A stretch of 46,567 bases of DNA from a virus: positions 1 through 46,567 of the IMG/VR virus record IMGVR_UViG_3300048854_000105, one strand, 5' to 3'. Every line of letters starts with the position of its first letter. Positions within the stretch are counted from its first letter, which is position 1. The notes below the pieces were generated by a model. The model was not told the origin of the DNA. It did no database searches and saw nothing but the letters and a program-made list of their open reading frames with translations. Of the stretch, positions 24,106 through 33,128 are shown piece after piece. The translations under genes and the position numbers were made by a program.

Positions 24106-24801
24106 ATGTCTGTTGTGATCTCGCACGAAGCGATGCAGGTTCAAAAGCTGGTCAACCATGGGAACGTGAAGTATGACCGACTCGACCCTCGCACGCTGAT
24201 GGGAGAGCCGTCGTTTATCTTCAACATCTACTCGAGCGAGGTGACCGTCAACCTTGGCACCTGCGGCATCTGGTACATTCCGCCATGCCCTGAGGGAACT
24301 GATTATGTTCGCGCTCCGCAGGCCATCCCCGGAACCTACGAGGAGATGTACCCGCACTTCACCGATGGAGTCGAGTATCGTTCGCGTGCTGTACCTGGTG
24401 AAGACATCGTGGCTGGAATCCTTGCCGAAGACAGGCCGATGGAAAGCCTTCCTCGCCTCGGAATCTTCGCATCCCACAACTCCATCCCGACGAAGCAGGA
24501 ACTTGTAGCGGCTAAGAAGAACCTTATTCCCCACCTCCAGCAGCTTATCGCACAGGCTGACAAGTTCTACGCTTCTCCGGACCCGGCAGAGCGCCAGAGC
24601 GTGTATGACGACAAGTTCTTCCGTGCCGCCCGCTTCCTGAATGTTAAGAAGCCGTGGCTCAGCGAAGCGTCCGAGATGACCATGTGCCCGTTCTGCAGTA
24701 TCGCTGTCAGTCCGCAGGCCAGCATCTGCAGCGGTTGCCACCAGATCATCGACCAGGCTCGCTTTGACGCAATGAAGGCGCAGATTGGCGGGGCTAAGTA
24801 A
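24106..24801 (+). CDS. Virion-module protein with a C-terminal zinc ribbon
   Basis: AAGGAG RBS. CPFCSIAVSPQASICSGC near the C-terminus. Confidence 0.55.
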   Translation: MSVVISHEAMQVQKLVNHGNVKYDRLDPRTLMGEPSFIFNIYSSEVTVNLGTCGIWYIPPCPEGTDYVRAPQAIPGTYEEMYPHFTDGVEYRSRAVPGEDIVAGILAEDRPMESLPRLGIFASHNSIPTKQELVAAKKNLIPHLQQLIAQADKFYASPDPAERQSVYDDKFFRAARFLNVKKPWLSEASEMTMCPFCSIAVSPQASICSGCHQIIDQARFDAMKAQIGGAK

Positions 24802-25620
24802 GTGCCGATCGTCGATCCAATTCCGGGCTCAGATGTCTTCTACAACACCGAAGAGATTCTGAACTATGCCCGCGTGCTGGCGAATGACACGCAAGGGGGA
24901 CTCGCTGGGCAATTACTGCGTAGCGATGACCCCCGAACGTGGACCCTGCTCAATCTCTGCTATGGCAGGCTGGCGAACTGGCTCGAGGACAACAATGTTG
25001 AATCGGCCATGTATGCGGAGGCGATCCTAAGCCTTCCATCTTCGGCGTCTTATACGGACCCTTCCGCGCAATCACGCCTTGGATACGACGGTTTCGTGGA
25101 TGCCTCTGGTCTGCTGTATGACCAGCCTAAACTTCCCGCGAACCTTCTTGAGCCGCTTCAACTGTGGCAGCGCAATACCGGGCAGAACGTACCTTTCTAC
25201 GAGATGAAGCAGAGACTCGGAGGCCTTGGAGACTCGTGGAATTTCGGCTGGAATGGCGGAACCTACGGCAGCGTCTATGGCGGCTGGGAGTTTCGCGAGA
25301 ACAGCATCTACATTTTGGGAGGCGCCTACCAGCCTACGGATATCAGGATGCGCTATGTTCCTTCTCTGGCGACACTGGATCAGCCGAGCGATCAAAATCC
25401 CAATCCTCCCGTCATCTGGTTTGCCAAGGCAGGAGAAGCACTGGCGCTGATGATCGCTGCAGAGGATGCGGAGATCCGCGGGGCCATCAATGGTCCTACG
25501 CTACGCATGAAAGCCAATCAGGAGCTCGACATTATCTCCAATCGATCCGCAAAGCGTGAGAACCGCGCCCAGACCAGACGCAGGGGATATGGATTCGCGA
25601 GGCGCAGAAATTGGCTGTGA
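24802..25620 (+). CDS. Virion-module protein, 272 aa (adaptor or tail-tubular-A position; GTG start)
   Basis: Called on synteny only. Confidence 0.5.
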   Translation: MPIVDPIPGSDVFYNTEEILNYARVLANDTQGGLAGQLLRSDDPRTWTLLNLCYGRLANWLEDNNVESAMYAEAILSLPSSASYTDPSAQSRLGYDGFVDASGLLYDQPKLPANLLEPLQLWQRNTGQNVPFYEMKQRLGGLGDSWNFGWNGGTYGSVYGGWEFRENSIYILGGAYQPTDIRMRYVPSLATLDQPSDQNPNPPVIWFAKAGEALALMIAAEDAEIRGAINGPTLRMKANQELDIISNRSAKRENRAQTRRRGYGFARRRNWL

Positions 25621-28600
25621 GCAAAGGTTCCACCACAACGGTAAGCCAGTTCCTTGGCCTGCGCACAGATACGCCGGCGTCCAAGTGTCCACTGACCTAT
25701 TCTCCCGACTGCGGAGATATGGTCTTCACAGTCGGCGGCATGGCGACACGTAATCCCTTCCGCCGCACCGTCACGATGCCTGCAGAGATCGTTTACCGCA
25801 AGGAATTTCTTGCCAAAGACGGAACTACGCAGATTCTTGCGCTGGATGTGAACGGGAATCTCTATGTCGTGGCCCAAAACGGCACGTATACCCAGATCGA
25901 CAAGGTTGCGGCAGGAAGTTCAGTAAATTCCGTCACTGCATATGGCCGGGAGTACATGGCGTTCTTCAATTCCTCGGGACCAACCGATGCGCCGCGGCAG
26001 TGGGACGGTAAAAACCTCTACCGAGTCTCGCAAGGTGGACCGGGAGCGGCGCCTAACTTCACCCCGATCGCTATTTCGGGCGATTCCTACGCAATTGAGT
26101 CGATCACGCAGCTTGCACCAGGATTTTCTGGCCAGCTTGGATATTTCGACGGGATTGAACTGTCGGCCGGACCCGGTTCGAGCTCTCCTGGAAACGTAGT
26201 AACGGTCTACACGGCCAATGCACGCGCAGGACATTTCCCTGGAGGTGATCCGGTCCTTACGGATGCCTTCAACTCGGGAAATCCGGTCAATGTGTATGTG
26301 AGCAACCTGCCGGCGCAGTTCGCGCAGTACAACGGCACGCATCTGGTGGCCTCGATCGGGCTTGGCATCCCTAACTTTGCGGAAGCTACAGCAGAGCGTT
26401 GGTATTTCACCTTCATCGTAGACGACTCCGGCTATCAGACCCGCGGAGGCTCAGACCACGCCATAACCGGGCAGTATCAGATCACGCAGGCAACGATGAC
26501 GATGATCGGAGCAGTTCCCGGTCTAGTGGTGGGCGATCAGGTTCCGATCAGCGGAGCTTCCGTCGCGGATTACAACAGCACCTGGACGATCACCCAATCT
26601 CTCGATTCCGGCGAGCTGACTATTACGCAGACGGCGCTGACAGGCGGGGTCGCGACTTATAACTACAACGTTCTCTCTGGCATACCTCCAACAGCGGGGC
26701 AGTTGATTGCGATTGACGGCACACTGAATGCCAACGGAGCGCTAGACGGCGACAATCTAACGATCGCTACGGCTACTGGCGGGAATAGTGGGTCATTCAC
26801 CATCAACGGCTTCGATCCGTCAGTTACTTTCCCCCCGACTGCAGAGAACGCATCTGGCATCACTGCGGGCACGCAGTTTGTGTTCGATCCGATGGCCATC
26901 TATGGAGACTCTGAAGGCGGAACTATCACCTTCTCCGGAACTGCTGTTGCGATGGCTCCGGGAACACGACTCGCCTTCCCATTCTTCATCATGGCAACAG
27001 GTCTCACGACGCAGGCGGGGCCGATCACCAAGTTCACCATCCCAGCCAATACGAGCGCCATCGCCTACAGCAACCTTGCGATAGGTCCAGCTAACGTCAT
27101 TGCCAGGGGAATAGCCTTTACTGGCGCCAATGGCGGCAACTACTTCTATCTTCCGATCATCCCGCAGATCAACGGGGAGATTCTGGGCACTTCGACCGTC
27201 GTCAACGACAACACCACGACCGCGGGTACGATGAACTTCACCGATGATGCTCTCCTGTCCGGGCTGGCAGTAGATATCCCCGGCAACAACCTCTTTCAGC
27301 AGGTGGCGCTCAATCTTCCCCGCGGGGTTAACTGGTACGGAGACCGCGTGCTGTGGATTGGCGAGGCCAATACGGTTGTCGGCATCCTGAATATGGGGAT
27401 GGACGGCGGTACCCTCCCGGGATCGCCTTACCCTCTCGGCTGGAAGGGAGTTGGAGCGCTTCAGGTCACGCAGGATGGGATCATGCCAGTCCTGAGCGGA
27501 GTTGGAAGCTTGACCCAGAACGCGGCCAAGACCGGTCAAGGCGTCGCCATCATAAAACCGGATCAGAACTACTCGCTGCGGGCATGGTTCAACAATGGAG
27601 TTCTTTCCGCATCGCTTACGTCGTCGAGCACCGGATTCTCCGCGTCTTTGAGCATGGGAGGCAGCGGCTACATCACGGCCACCTTCAGCCAGAAGCTGCC
27701 GGCCAAGATCCCCGATGACCTGACACTGACAGTTACCCTGAGCGGCGGGACGATGCGGGACATGCATCTCATCTATGCGGACAACCCTAACCGCAACCCT
27801 GTGGCGCGGATGAGCTATGTTCGTAACCCAGAAGCCTATGATGCGCTGACCGGGAATGTAGGACCGAACGATGACAGCACGGAACTGCGTGCGACATTCG
27901 TGCTGCAGGAGTCAATGTACTTCGTCACACAGAGAGGCCTTTACGGCGTCCAGCAGATCGGCAACACAGAACCATCATCATGGTATCCCACGCAGATCGC
28001 GGACAAGTGCGGAGCCTACGACGCCAATTCGACCATCACTGGCAAGGGCTGGGCGGCTTGGGGAGGTCCAGAAGGCTTTCAGTGGTTCAGCGGTCGCGTG
28101 CCTTCAGAGATAAGCGCGGTCATCCGCCCCACATGGAGCCAGTTCTCCGGAATGACAGGTGCGTATAACGACGCCATCGAGAAACGAGTCTATCTCGGCA
28201 CCATCGACGGTACCGGCAACAAGGGATTGATGACTTACGACTACAAAGAGGTTGAGTTTGGGGGGGCCGGCAAGTGGTGCCCATGGAATCGTCGGCTTAA
28301 CTCCGTCAGCAAGTCATCCTCTGGAACAATCTTCGCGTTCGGAGCAAGTTTCTACTACCTCGATACGGCTGTGGGAACGGATGACGATGACCTTGGGCAG
28401 ATTGGCGGATATTACACGCTTCCACCGATCGGGGTTTCGATGTTCCGCACTCTCTACAGCTACATCGGCCTCAGAATCACCGGAGCCGGCCTGTTGAGTC
28501 CGTTTGTCTACGCCCAGACGCTGCAAGCCATTACCGCTACGTTGAACGCACAGGAGCTTTCTACGCTGATCGACACGGTTGCAGAGTGGCCGATGAATAA

Positions 28601-28715
28601 CTCCGGACGGTTGATGTTTCTGAAGGTCGGCCAGCCGGGAGCAAGATACTCCCTCGAGGATGCCACCTTTATTTATGCGGATGATCCCAATTCGCCAGTA
28701 TCGGGGATTCGCTAA
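25611..28715 (+). CDS. Large tail protein, about 1030 aa (nozzle or tail-tubular-B position; probable start GTG 25617)
   Basis: Called on size and synteny. GTGA overlap with the upstream stop. Confidence 0.55.
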   Translation: MAVSKGSTTTVSQFLGLRTDTPASKCPLTYSPDCGDMVFTVGGMATRNPFRRTVTMPAEIVYRKEFLAKDGTTQILALDVNGNLYVVAQNGTYTQIDKVAAGSSVNSVTAYGREYMAFFNSSGPTDAPRQWDGKNLYRVSQGGPGAAPNFTPIAISGDSYAIESITQLAPGFSGQLGYFDGIELSAGPGSSSPGNVVTVYTANARAGHFPGGDPVLTDAFNSGNPVNVYVSNLPAQFAQYNGTHLVASIGLGIPNFAEATAERWYFTFIVDDSGYQTRGGSDHAITGQYQITQATMTMIGAVPGLVVGDQVPISGASVADYNSTWTITQSLDSGELTITQTALTGGVATYNYNVLSGIPPTAGQLIAIDGTLNANGALDGDNLTIATATGGNSGSFTINGFDPSVTFPPTAENASGITAGTQFVFDPMAIYGDSEGGTITFSGTAVAMAPGTRLAFPFFIMATGLTTQAGPITKFTIPANTSAIAYSNLAIGPANVIARGIAFTGANGGNYFYLPIIPQINGEILGTSTVVNDNTTTAGTMNFTDDALLSGLAVDIPGNNLFQQVALNLPRGVNWYGDRVLWIGEANTVVGILNMGMDGGTLPGSPYPLGWKGVGALQVTQDGIMPVLSGVGSLTQNAAKTGQGVAIIKPDQNYSLRAWFNNGVLSASLTSSSTGFSASLSMGGSGYITATFSQKLPAKIPDDLTLTVTLSGGTMRDMHLIYADNPNRNPVARMSYVRNPEAYDALTGNVGPNDDSTELRATFVLQESMYFVTQRGLYGVQQIGNTEPSSWYPTQIADKCGAYDANSTITGKGWAAWGGPEGFQWFSGRVPSEISAVIRPTWSQFSGMTGAYNDAIEKRVYLGTIDGTGNKGLMTYDYKEVEFGGAGKWCPWNRRLNSVSKSSSGTIFAFGASFYYLDTAVGTDDDDLGQIGGYYTLPPIGVSMFRTLYSYIGLRITGAGLLSPFVYAQTLQAITATLNAQELSTLIDTVAEWPMNNSGRLMFLKVGQPGARYSLEDATFIYADDPNSPVSGIR

Positions 28716-29239
28716 TGGCACGCTACCAGGTGCCGAACAAGTCGCACATTCGGAGCATTGACAGCAAACTAGCCGATGCTCTGGATTCTAGCGAGAGCGC
28801 CATCAATGCCATATCCGACCAGTTGAACGCAGATCCCACCGGAGCGCAGCAGGCACCGCCAGCAGCGATCAGCAGGCTCTCAGTCACGGCAGCGGATGGG
28901 ATTCATGACATCCAGATCGTTGACAATGCCCCTGCCTATCGGGGAATCAATTATTTTGCCTACTACTCGCAGACGGCAGACTTCAAGAACGCCCACAAGG
29001 TGGACCTCGGGGCATCGCAGAACCACAGGATTTATCTGGGGCCTGGAACGTACTACTGGAAGGCCAACCATGCCTATCCGAGCTCTCCGCCATCGAGGGA
29101 CATTTATCACGGCGGATCCACACCAGAGGGAGTAGGCACTGGATCACATATCGGGCCTCCGATGCAGCAGTCTCAGGGCACCGCGGCGTTCGGCGCGACA
29201 ACGTACAGAAATTCTTCGACGCCACCTATCAGGAAATGA
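28715..29239 (+). CDS. Virion-module protein, 174 aa
   Basis: TAATG junction. Confidence 0.5.
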   Translation: MARYQVPNKSHIRSIDSKLADALDSSESAINAISDQLNADPTGAQQAPPAAISRLSVTAADGIHDIQIVDNAPAYRGINYFAYYSQTADFKNAHKVDLGASQNHRIYLGPGTYYWKANHAYPSSPPSRDIYHGGSTPEGVGTGSHIGPPMQQSQGTAAFGATTYRNSSTPPIRK

Positions 29240-29628
29240 TTCGAGAATACCGACCGAGCGATGATGCAGCGCTGAGAGCAATCCATGCTGAGCAGGGCTT
29301 CGATTATCCGTTCCCTGATCTGAGCGAGCCGCAGTTTGTGGGTCTGCTGGTAGCGGTGGACGAGAACGATGTCCCGGTACAGGCGGTCCTGGCGAGGAAG
29401 ACGGTAGAGGTTTACTTCCTCGGGAAGACGGGATGGAGAACCCCGGCATGGCGGATGGAGGCGATCACAAATCTTCATCTGGCAATGCACAACGTGCTTC
29501 TGGCGCAGGGATTCACTGATGCCCACGCATGGTTACCGCCTGAGGTGGCGAAGAGTTTTGGACGGAGACTGAAACAGGTCTTCGGATGGGTTGAATCACG
29601 TTGGACTTGCTTTGCAAAAGAGCTTTAG
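29236..29628 (+). CDS. GNAT-like acetyltransferase-fold protein, 130 aa
   Basis: MIREYRPSDDAALRAIHAEQGF...LLVAVDENDVPVQAVLA...LAMHNVLLAQGFTDAHAWL...FGRRLKQVFGW follows GNAT secondary-structure order. The pyrophosphate loop is atypical. Confidence 0.4.
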   Translation: MIREYRPSDDAALRAIHAEQGFDYPFPDLSEPQFVGLLVAVDENDVPVQAVLARKTVEVYFLGKTGWRTPAWRMEAITNLHLAMHNVLLAQGFTDAHAWLPPEVAKSFGRRLKQVFGWVESRWTCFAKEL

Positions 29629-29640
29629 AAGGAGACGGCC

Positions 29641-30213
29641 TTGGCGAGAGATACGAGTGCGGCAGCGGGACAAAATTCAACAACGGCGCAAGGTCTAAGC
29701 CAGACCTATGGCGACAGGGCATCCTCAGGCTACAACATTCTGACGCCTACCTTGAATCGCATGGCGACCAACCCACAGGGCTTTGGGGCTCAGACGACGG
29801 CCAACATGCTAACGGCTGCCAAGCAGTCTCTCGGCGGATCGAACGCTGGGATTGTGGGAGGTTCTGACCTTGCAGCGGCACGGACCAATAACGCCGGTGC
29901 TTACGCTCCTATGGCGACACAGGCGGCGCACGACGCAACGGCGGCCCTCTCCGACGCTTCGCTTGGGGTGCAGAACAACGACGCCCTCCTGAAGGAACAG
30001 CAGCGGCAGGAAGGACTCAGCGGGCTTGAGGGGCTGTATGGGCAGAACGTTGGTGCCGGAGAAAGCGCCCTCGGACTTTCCGATCAAGCATTGCAGACGC
30101 AGAATCAGGCGCGGCAGAACGGATGGCTGCAGAACACGCTCGGAGTTATCACGGCACTCAACGGTTCCGCTAACGCTGCATCTGGGATGAAGCAGGCGTT
30201 TGGTGGCGGTTAG
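29641..30213 (+). CDS. Gln/Asn/Gly/Ala-rich internal-virion (ejection) protein candidate (TTG start)
   Basis: Low-complexity composition. GAAGGAG lies upstream. Confidence 0.5.
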   Translation: MARDTSAAAGQNSTTAQGLSQTYGDRASSGYNILTPTLNRMATNPQGFGAQTTANMLTAAKQSLGGSNAGIVGGSDLAAARTNNAGAYAPMATQAAHDATAALSDASLGVQNNDALLKEQQRQEGLSGLEGLYGQNVGAGESALGLSDQALQTQNQARQNGWLQNTLGVITALNGSANAASGMKQAFGGG

Positions 30214-30222
30214 GAGAAATAA

Positions 30223-31725
30223 ATGGCACCGAATCCTCTAATACTCAGCGCGGACGATCTCAAGCGCCTGCCTATGCCCAAGATCGCAATCGGGGCTATC
30301 CCGCAGGCCGCTCCAATCATCGCTCCGCCTGATCCCAATGTGCCGGTTCTGCCTTCCGCTCCGGGACCAATCGTGACGAAGATGCCCGATGCAGCCATAG
30401 CCAACACCCGCGCTGACCTTCTGGGACACCAGCAGGAATTGGCACGGCTGAACGATACCGGATCAGGCATATCGCAGATCAAGAATCCCTTTCTGCGCAC
30501 TCTGGCTAAAATTGGCGATACCGCCGAATCAATCATTGCTCCCCGCGCCGCGGCCTTCACTCCGGGTACGGAGATGAACCATCAGCGGCTGCTAAATCAG
30601 GAGACGGGCAGGATTGGCAATGACCTCGGCCAACAGTATCAGCAGGCGCAGACCGAGCAGGAAGGCGCCCTTACTGACTACACGAGACAGCGGCCTGATA
30701 TTGCACGCGCAGGACTTCAGCAGAAAGTGCAGACGGCACGCGAGAAGTACACAGCAGACCTTCGCAAGCGTGGCATCAATGTAACCGGGTATGACGAGGA
30801 TACCGGACTTCCCACGACCGAAGATGATCCGGATACGATGGCCTACCATCAGGCGGCTGCGGAAACATTTATCCATGAAGCTAACGCGCAAAAGGCGAAG
30901 GTGCTGGCAGACATCGCCAAAAATAAATATCTTCCGGGGACGCCGGAGTATGAAAGGGAGATGGAGACTATTCATCGCCTCGAGCGTCAGCAGCAGATCG
31001 CGCTCGCCAGTGTTGGCCTTCGCGCCCAAAGCGTACAGCTTAGAAGGAACGATCAGAACGCCAACTTCTACGGATTGGGCCCGGACGGGAACCCTCTGCC
31101 CAATGCCCCGCAGTTCGAGGACGATGAGGGCAACGTTACAACTGGCGGACTAAAGGGCGCATCGACTGCTATCAAGGCCCAGGGCAAGGCTGGACAATTC
31201 AAGGATCTCGGCGGCTCAATCCAGCATGCGTATGAAAGTCTTGAGGCGCTTCATAACAATGGAGGCGACCTATCAGATCCTCGGGTTGTCGCTGCCATGA
31301 GCGACCCTAACTCAATGATTGGGAAGGTCCTCAATGGCAAGATTGTCAAAGGAGGCCTCTCAGACCAGCAGGTGAAAGCGATTGGAGCTCTCAATCAACT
31401 GCGAGAACAAGCCGGTATCCTGCGTCAGTCTACAGGGGGTACAGCGGCTGAGGCTCAAGCGCAACGCATTCTCGAAACGATCCCAACTGCAGGAGATACC
31501 CGAGCTACTGCGCGTAACAAGTTCGATGAACTAAATGCCGTCTATGGTCGTCTCGCCCCCAGCGTTGTAACAACTGCTGGCGGTCTTTCTGTTGGCGGAC
31601 GAGGCGGTAGAACAGGCGGCGGGACAGGTACGGTGATGATGCAGGCTCCTGATGGGTCTAAGCAGTCAGTTCCTGCAGATCAGGTCGATCACTACAAAAA
31701 GCTCGGCGCTAAGGTGGTGCAGTAA
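30223..31725 (+). CDS. Internal-virion (ejection) protein candidate, 500 aa
   Basis: AGGAG RBS, helical and Q-rich, with a Gly-rich C-terminus. Confidence 0.5.
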   Translation: MAPNPLILSADDLKRLPMPKIAIGAIPQAAPIIAPPDPNVPVLPSAPGPIVTKMPDAAIANTRADLLGHQQELARLNDTGSGISQIKNPFLRTLAKIGDTAESIIAPRAAAFTPGTEMNHQRLLNQETGRIGNDLGQQYQQAQTEQEGALTDYTRQRPDIARAGLQQKVQTAREKYTADLRKRGINVTGYDEDTGLPTTEDDPDTMAYHQAAAETFIHEANAQKAKVLADIAKNKYLPGTPEYEREMETIHRLERQQQIALASVGLRAQSVQLRRNDQNANFYGLGPDGNPLPNAPQFEDDEGNVTTGGLKGASTAIKAQGKAGQFKDLGGSIQHAYESLEALHNNGGDLSDPRVVAAMSDPNSMIGKVLNGKIVKGGLSDQQVKAIGALNQLREQAGILRQSTGGTAAEAQAQRILETIPTAGDTRATARNKFDELNAVYGRLAPSVVTTAGGLSVGGRGGRTGGGTGTVMMQAPDGSKQSVPADQVDHYKKLGAKVVQ

Positions 31726-32921
31726 TGGCTGATTGGTTCGAAAAGAACGCTCCACAAGGGGGAGGATGGTTCCAGCAGAACTCTCCTTCTGCCAATAGAC
31801 CTGCGGGGCTTCCCGAAGGTATCGATATGCCTTCAGTGTCTGCTCATCCCCCGGTAACGCTCAAAGGGGATGAACCCGGCATTTTAGATACTGTAGGGAA
31901 GAGGATTACCGGCAATGCATCAGGTCTGGTACGCCCGTTTATTCATCCCAGAACAGTGCTTAGTGAAGCGGGATGGGTCGATCCCAGCAAAAGCACTGAT
32001 TTGATCTCAGATATCCGAGATAACCCTAACAGCACCGGAATAGGCAATGCAGTTGGCGATGCACTCACCGCCGCTGCCCTGGGCGGTGTCGCGAAGGTGG
32101 CGCCTGAACTTCCCGGACGCATAGGGACAGGCCTCAAAAGGGCCGGAGCAGGCATCAACAATGTCATAAATGGAACTACTGCAGATGCTATGGCGAATGG
32201 AGCAAACCCAGGAAGGGCTCTATCAGAGAACCGGATTATTGGTTCCAATGCGGCTACTCTTTCGGAGCGCCTGAATCGCCGGATTCCTGCGGCCAAGGCG
32301 GAAGAGATGGCTGTTTATGCCTCCAATCCCAACAATGCAGTGGTAAATGTTGGTCCGGCTATAAACGAACCCTTTGATAGCCTTATCCAAGATAAGACCA
32401 ATCCAAAGACCGGAGCCGCGGAACCATCTCAGGTCGCCCGCGCCCGCAGGACGCAATCAGTACTGAACACAGTTCAAGATCCTGTTACTGGACGGCCGAC
32501 TACATCATTGCGCAATCCATTCCTCTCACCACTTGAGGCGGTCGAACTAAAGTCGAACATCTACGGGATGACCGATTATGACAACCCTTCGCAAGCGGCC
32601 CTGTCGAATATTTCGCTTAAAGGTGCGGCTCACAATCTAAAGAATTTGGCGGTTGATGCCGTGCCTGAGGCTGCTCCTTACACGCAGCGGCTGCACGACA
32701 TGATGGAGGCGAAAGATCTACTCGAGCCAAAATCAAAGTTCGTGAAATTGCCCACGGATAAGGAAGGTCTTATAAAGAGGGGCATAACCTTGGGGGGAAC
32801 TACCGCTGCTGCAGGCGCCGATTTGCTGGGTTCAGGAATTGGGAAGCTGAATGGGGTTGGCCGGTATCTTCAACCTCCGTTAGCAGCGTCGGTGCTTTTC
32901 CCGAAGCCCGAACGGCGGTAA
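31725..32921 (+). CDS. Internal-virion (ejection) protein candidate, 398 aa
   Basis: TAATG junction. Confidence 0.5.
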   Translation: MADWFEKNAPQGGGWFQQNSPSANRPAGLPEGIDMPSVSAHPPVTLKGDEPGILDTVGKRITGNASGLVRPFIHPRTVLSEAGWVDPSKSTDLISDIRDNPNSTGIGNAVGDALTAAALGGVAKVAPELPGRIGTGLKRAGAGINNVINGTTADAMANGANPGRALSENRIIGSNAATLSERLNRRIPAAKAEEMAVYASNPNNAVVNVGPAINEPFDSLIQDKTNPKTGAAEPSQVARARRTQSVLNTVQDPVTGRPTTSLRNPFLSPLEAVELKSNIYGMTDYDNPSQAALSNISLKGAAHNLKNLAVDAVPEAAPYTQRLHDMMEAKDLLEPKSKFVKLPTDKEGLIKRGITLGGTTAAAGADLLGSGIGKLNGVGRYLQPPLAASVLFPKPERR

Positions 32922-33051
32922 CTTTTCCTGGGAACATCCTGAAGAATGCCCAAAGGATACGGTCCGCCAAAGTTACAGACATTTCAGCTATAAAAGCTAG
33001 CGCGAAGAGTGCTACTCCACCGATAATCACGCCGCCTGCGATGGTGAACAT
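32800..33051 (-). CDS. Possible opposite-strand TM protein, 83 aa
   Basis: IAGGVIIGGVALFALAFIA is a strong hydrophobic helix, but the last 120 nt overlap the convergent 31725..32921 gene. Confidence 0.25.
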   Translation of the reverse strand: MFTIAGGVIIGGVALFALAFIAEMSVTLADRILWAFFRMFPGKVTAVRASGKAPTLLTEVEDTGQPHSASQFLNPANRRLQQR

Positions 33052-33094
33052 TCCGTTCCTCAGTAACTAACTACACCAAAATCTTACACCCACA

Positions 33095-33119
33095 CCGCCT
33101 ATCGAGGCGGATTTTTATT
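33095..33119 (+). terminator. Rho-independent terminator
   Basis: CCGCCT-atcg-AGGCGG followed by ATTTTTATT. Confidence 0.6.
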
Positions 33120-33128
33120 GCCCCAAAC

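Noticed and set aside
23578-24741. 387-aa minus-strand ORF, the longest unannotated ORF in the track
   Set aside because: It is exactly antisense to two well-supported plus-strand structural genes that have good RBSs. Its composition is Arg/Leu/Val/Ser-heavy and it has no start context. This is a typical shadow ORF in GC-rich coding DNA.
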